Assembly (NCBI GenBank): GCA_964409005.1
Contig: CAYPBR010000001.1
Span: 18,383 to 82,382, forward strand
DNA length: 64,000 nucleotides
Source: Candidatus Woesearchaeota archaeon
GTDB lineage: Archaea > Nanobdellota > Nanobdellia > Pacearchaeales > GW2011-AR1
Direction of reading: 5' to 3'
Made by a program: the position numbers and the translations under genes. Shown one piece after another: positions 61,782 through 64,000 of the stretch (position 1 is its first letter; each line of letters begins with the position of its first letter). The notes under the pieces are model-generated. The model was not told where the DNA came from. It made no database searches and saw only the letters and a program-made list of their open reading frames with translations.

Positions 61782-63467
61782 TTAGACCTCTCCTGTAAAT
61801 GGAATCACATCACCTATTTTAATTGCTTTAGTATTGAAATTTAATAGTAACTGATCACCGATTGATCCTATTTTTATATCATTAATTTCTGAAATCCTCG
61901 GATCTTGTAAAAGTGTATCTTTCAAATTAGAAACTGCATAAGATAAAGGAGCTGAATTTGACATAGCAAATCCTACACTGTCGTTTATACCATATATTGT
62001 AAGCCTTAATCTTGCACCTAGTTTCTCATTAAGTCTTAAATTCATAGCTTGAATTAAATTATTTGTACCTTCTATTTGAGATAAGTCTCCAGCGGCTGCA
62101 ACTACCATTTTATCATCAATATCTAATTTTATATCAATGCCATAAACATCTTTGCTTGTTAAACTATATACAAAGTTGTCCTCAGGTGAAGCTCCTCGTG
62201 TAAGAATTGGTATGCGAACCTGATCGCCTGGATTTATATCATCGTCTGAAAGAAAACTATTAAATGATGCTATTAAATACGATTGTGATGGATTGCCAAA
62301 ATATTCAAGTGCCAATTTCTCCATAGTAGTTGATCCAGTAGCTATTACGGTAAAATACCCATATATAATATAAGCATCTATATTTTCTGTCTCTTGATCT
62401 AAAACATCAGATACTATTTCAGCTTCTAAAGCAGTCATACCTTCATATTTTATTATTCCTACTTTTGTTGTAGAAATTTCCGTAGTTAATCTCCTTGCTT
62501 CACTTCCAACTGATTGAGGTGTCTTTGAAAAAACAATAAGATAATTTGCTGAATACGTTACTTCTCTTGAACTTATTAATACATCGTAAAATTCATCTGC
62601 ATCTTTATCAGCTAAAGTTACCATATTATAAAAAGAATCTTCTATATCCAAACCTAAAGTTTTTACTAAAGTTAAAACTCTTTGAGATAGCTCAACTGGA
62701 TACATAATAAGATCGCCTGTTTGATATATAAAAGAAGTCATCTTAGTTTCTAAATCGTCTATAATTTCTAAAACAGCATCTACTTGATCAAATATATTCC
62801 TCAAAGAAGTAAAATAGCTTTGAATCATTCTTAATCCTCTTCTCAAAGTATTTAAAAGTGAAAATGGATTTGAAGATGAAACAGGAGCTTTATATATTTT
62901 AGCTGCCGAACCAAGTTTTCTCAATGCAATCATTTCTATACTATAATTATAAAATAAAGGTTTATCTTTATTTCTAGTCATTTTAAATTTTTCAAGTGAT
63001 ACAACATAACCTTCAGCAATACTTTCAAGATTTTTAGTAGCTAAGCCTATATTCTGAGGTACTACGCTCAAATCATAAAGATGTATATCGTAATTATGAT
63101 ATGTATTTTTTCTTGACTTATCATCCTTATATCGCATTATTGTATCTCTAAACTGAAAAAATGATTCTCTACCACTAAGCTTTCTATGCGATGTAGTAAC
63201 TCCAACAGTTGAAGTAGGCTTAAAAGTCTTACGAACCATCGAACCACCTGTATGTCCAGATATTCTTATAGGCATTATGTCGGGCCCCATATCATCAACA
63301 AATACACCTCCGAATGTTTTAGTCCTTGTTATCCTTTGCGGTTCTTCTATCTCTACGTTCTCCGGTGGTATAGTGAGAGTAAATGCTTCTATAAAAATAC
63401 CTGGATTATTCCTATCTACTATTTCAAAAAGATAAGATTTTTTATATAATTCTTTTACACCTGCCAT
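61782..63467 (-). CDS. tail/baseplate protein (LysM-like plus gp25-like C-terminus)
   Basis: TMEKLALEYFGNP...PGDQVRIP LysM-like; GTNNLIQA..RL, LLQDPRI. Confidence 0.7.
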   Translation of the reverse strand: MAGVKELYKKSYLFEIVDRNNPGIFIEAFTLTIPPENVEIEEPQRITRTKTFGGVFVDDMGPDIMPIRISGHTGGSMVRKTFKPTSTVGVTTSHRKLSGRESFFQFRDTIMRYKDDKSRKNTYHNYDIHLYDLSVVPQNIGLATKNLESIAEGYVVSLEKFKMTRNKDKPLFYNYSIEMIALRKLGSAAKIYKAPVSSSNPFSLLNTLRRGLRMIQSYFTSLRNIFDQVDAVLEIIDDLETKMTSFIYQTGDLIMYPVELSQRVLTLVKTLGLDIEDSFYNMVTLADKDADEFYDVLISSREVTYSANYLIVFSKTPQSVGSEARRLTTEISTTKVGIIKYEGMTALEAEIVSDVLDQETENIDAYIIYGYFTVIATGSTTMEKLALEYFGNPSQSYLIASFNSFLSDDDINPGDQVRIPILTRGASPEDNFVYSLTSKDVYGIDIKLDIDDKMVVAAAGDLSQIEGTNNLIQAMNLRLNEKLGARLRLTIYGINDSVGFAMSNSAPLSYAVSNLKDTLLQDPRISEINDIKIGSIGDQLLLNFNTKAIKIGDVIPFTGEV

Positions 63468-63478
63468 TTATATTACTC

Positions 63479-64000
63479 CTAACTAGTTTCCAACCGAGCT
63501 GCTTCTGCTGTACTTATATCCAACGATAACGGTGTAACAGGTATTGCTGAACTTCCACCACCTGTCGTTACTCCTGAATGAACATGGCTATTAAGAGCTG
63601 TTATAAAATTTTGTAAAGCCGTATCCAATTCAGCGTGTGTAACTAAATTTTTTGTATTACCAGCCAATTCTATATTTTCGCCTGCATTTGGAGTAATAAT
63701 AACTCCGCCATTTGCATCAATTTGAATAGTCGCTCCGTTTATTTCTAATGTATAAACACCTGTTATTTTATCGTAAGTCTCTTTTAATCCACCTTCCCTT
63801 ATTTTTAATGATTCATCTTCTTTATCTGAAACTAAAAATTCAATTTTATTTTGTTTTCCAACCGTTCCTATTGTTTCTAAAACTGAACATAATACAAAAG
63901 CATTTTCTATTATTCCATCAGGAAATATAATTACTACTCTACAATCCTTTGGTGGTAAGTCCCTTTCTCCAAAAGGATTACTTCCATCAGTTCCTGCCCA
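63479..64000 (-). CDS. baseplate spike protein (5' end outside the window)
   Basis: frame is open to the window end; C-terminal NSHVHSGV HxH spike-tip motif. Confidence 0.7.
   Translation of the reverse strand, partial: WAGTDGSNPFGERDLPPKDCRVVIIFPDGIIENAFVLCSVLETIGTVGKQNKIEFLVSDKEDESLKIREGGLKETYDKITGVYTLEINGATIQIDANGGVIITPNAGENIELAGNTKNLVTHAELDTALQNFITALNSHVHSGVTTGGGSSAIPVTPLSLDISTAEAARLETS

Noticed and set aside
1..64000. Remaining short plus-strand ORFs, and tRNA/rRNA genes
   Set aside because: The plus-strand ORFs are antisense shadows of minus-strand genes with no recognisable motifs. I saw no tRNA or rRNA by eye; a tRNAscan run would be needed to exclude them.

Overview
This is an AT-rich 64 kb segment of a large tailed dsDNA phage (contractile-tail type), with essentially all real genes on the minus strand. 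In transcription order (right to left) it holds: baseplate and tail-fibre genes (55-64 kb); a large Lys-rich sigma70-like gene; an accessory region of small genes separated by repeated hairpin elements, repeated promoter-like motifs and candidate structured RNAs (45-52.6 kb); a replication/recombination block (DnaC-like, DnaB, primase, sigma factor, three DNA methyltransferases, DnaE, SSB, RecA, SbcD/SbcC, DinG-like helicase, resolvase, 5'-3' exonuclease); a lysis cassette; ThyA-like and MazG-like nucleotide enzymes; many small genes; a PARP-domain protein; the terminase large subunit; and a fourth methyltransferase. The standout is at 8.68-9.91 kb. A 248-aa protein with an IS110-C/Nop-like fold and no visible nuclease domain is followed directly by a non-coding array with an exact 36-nt period: two alternating 9-nt repeats (AGAAAACCA and AGYGAGYCD) separated by 9-nt variable spacers. 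This is the architecture of a TIGR-Tas dual-spacer RNA-guided system (TasA-like). All protein calls are by eye from motifs; no searches were run.
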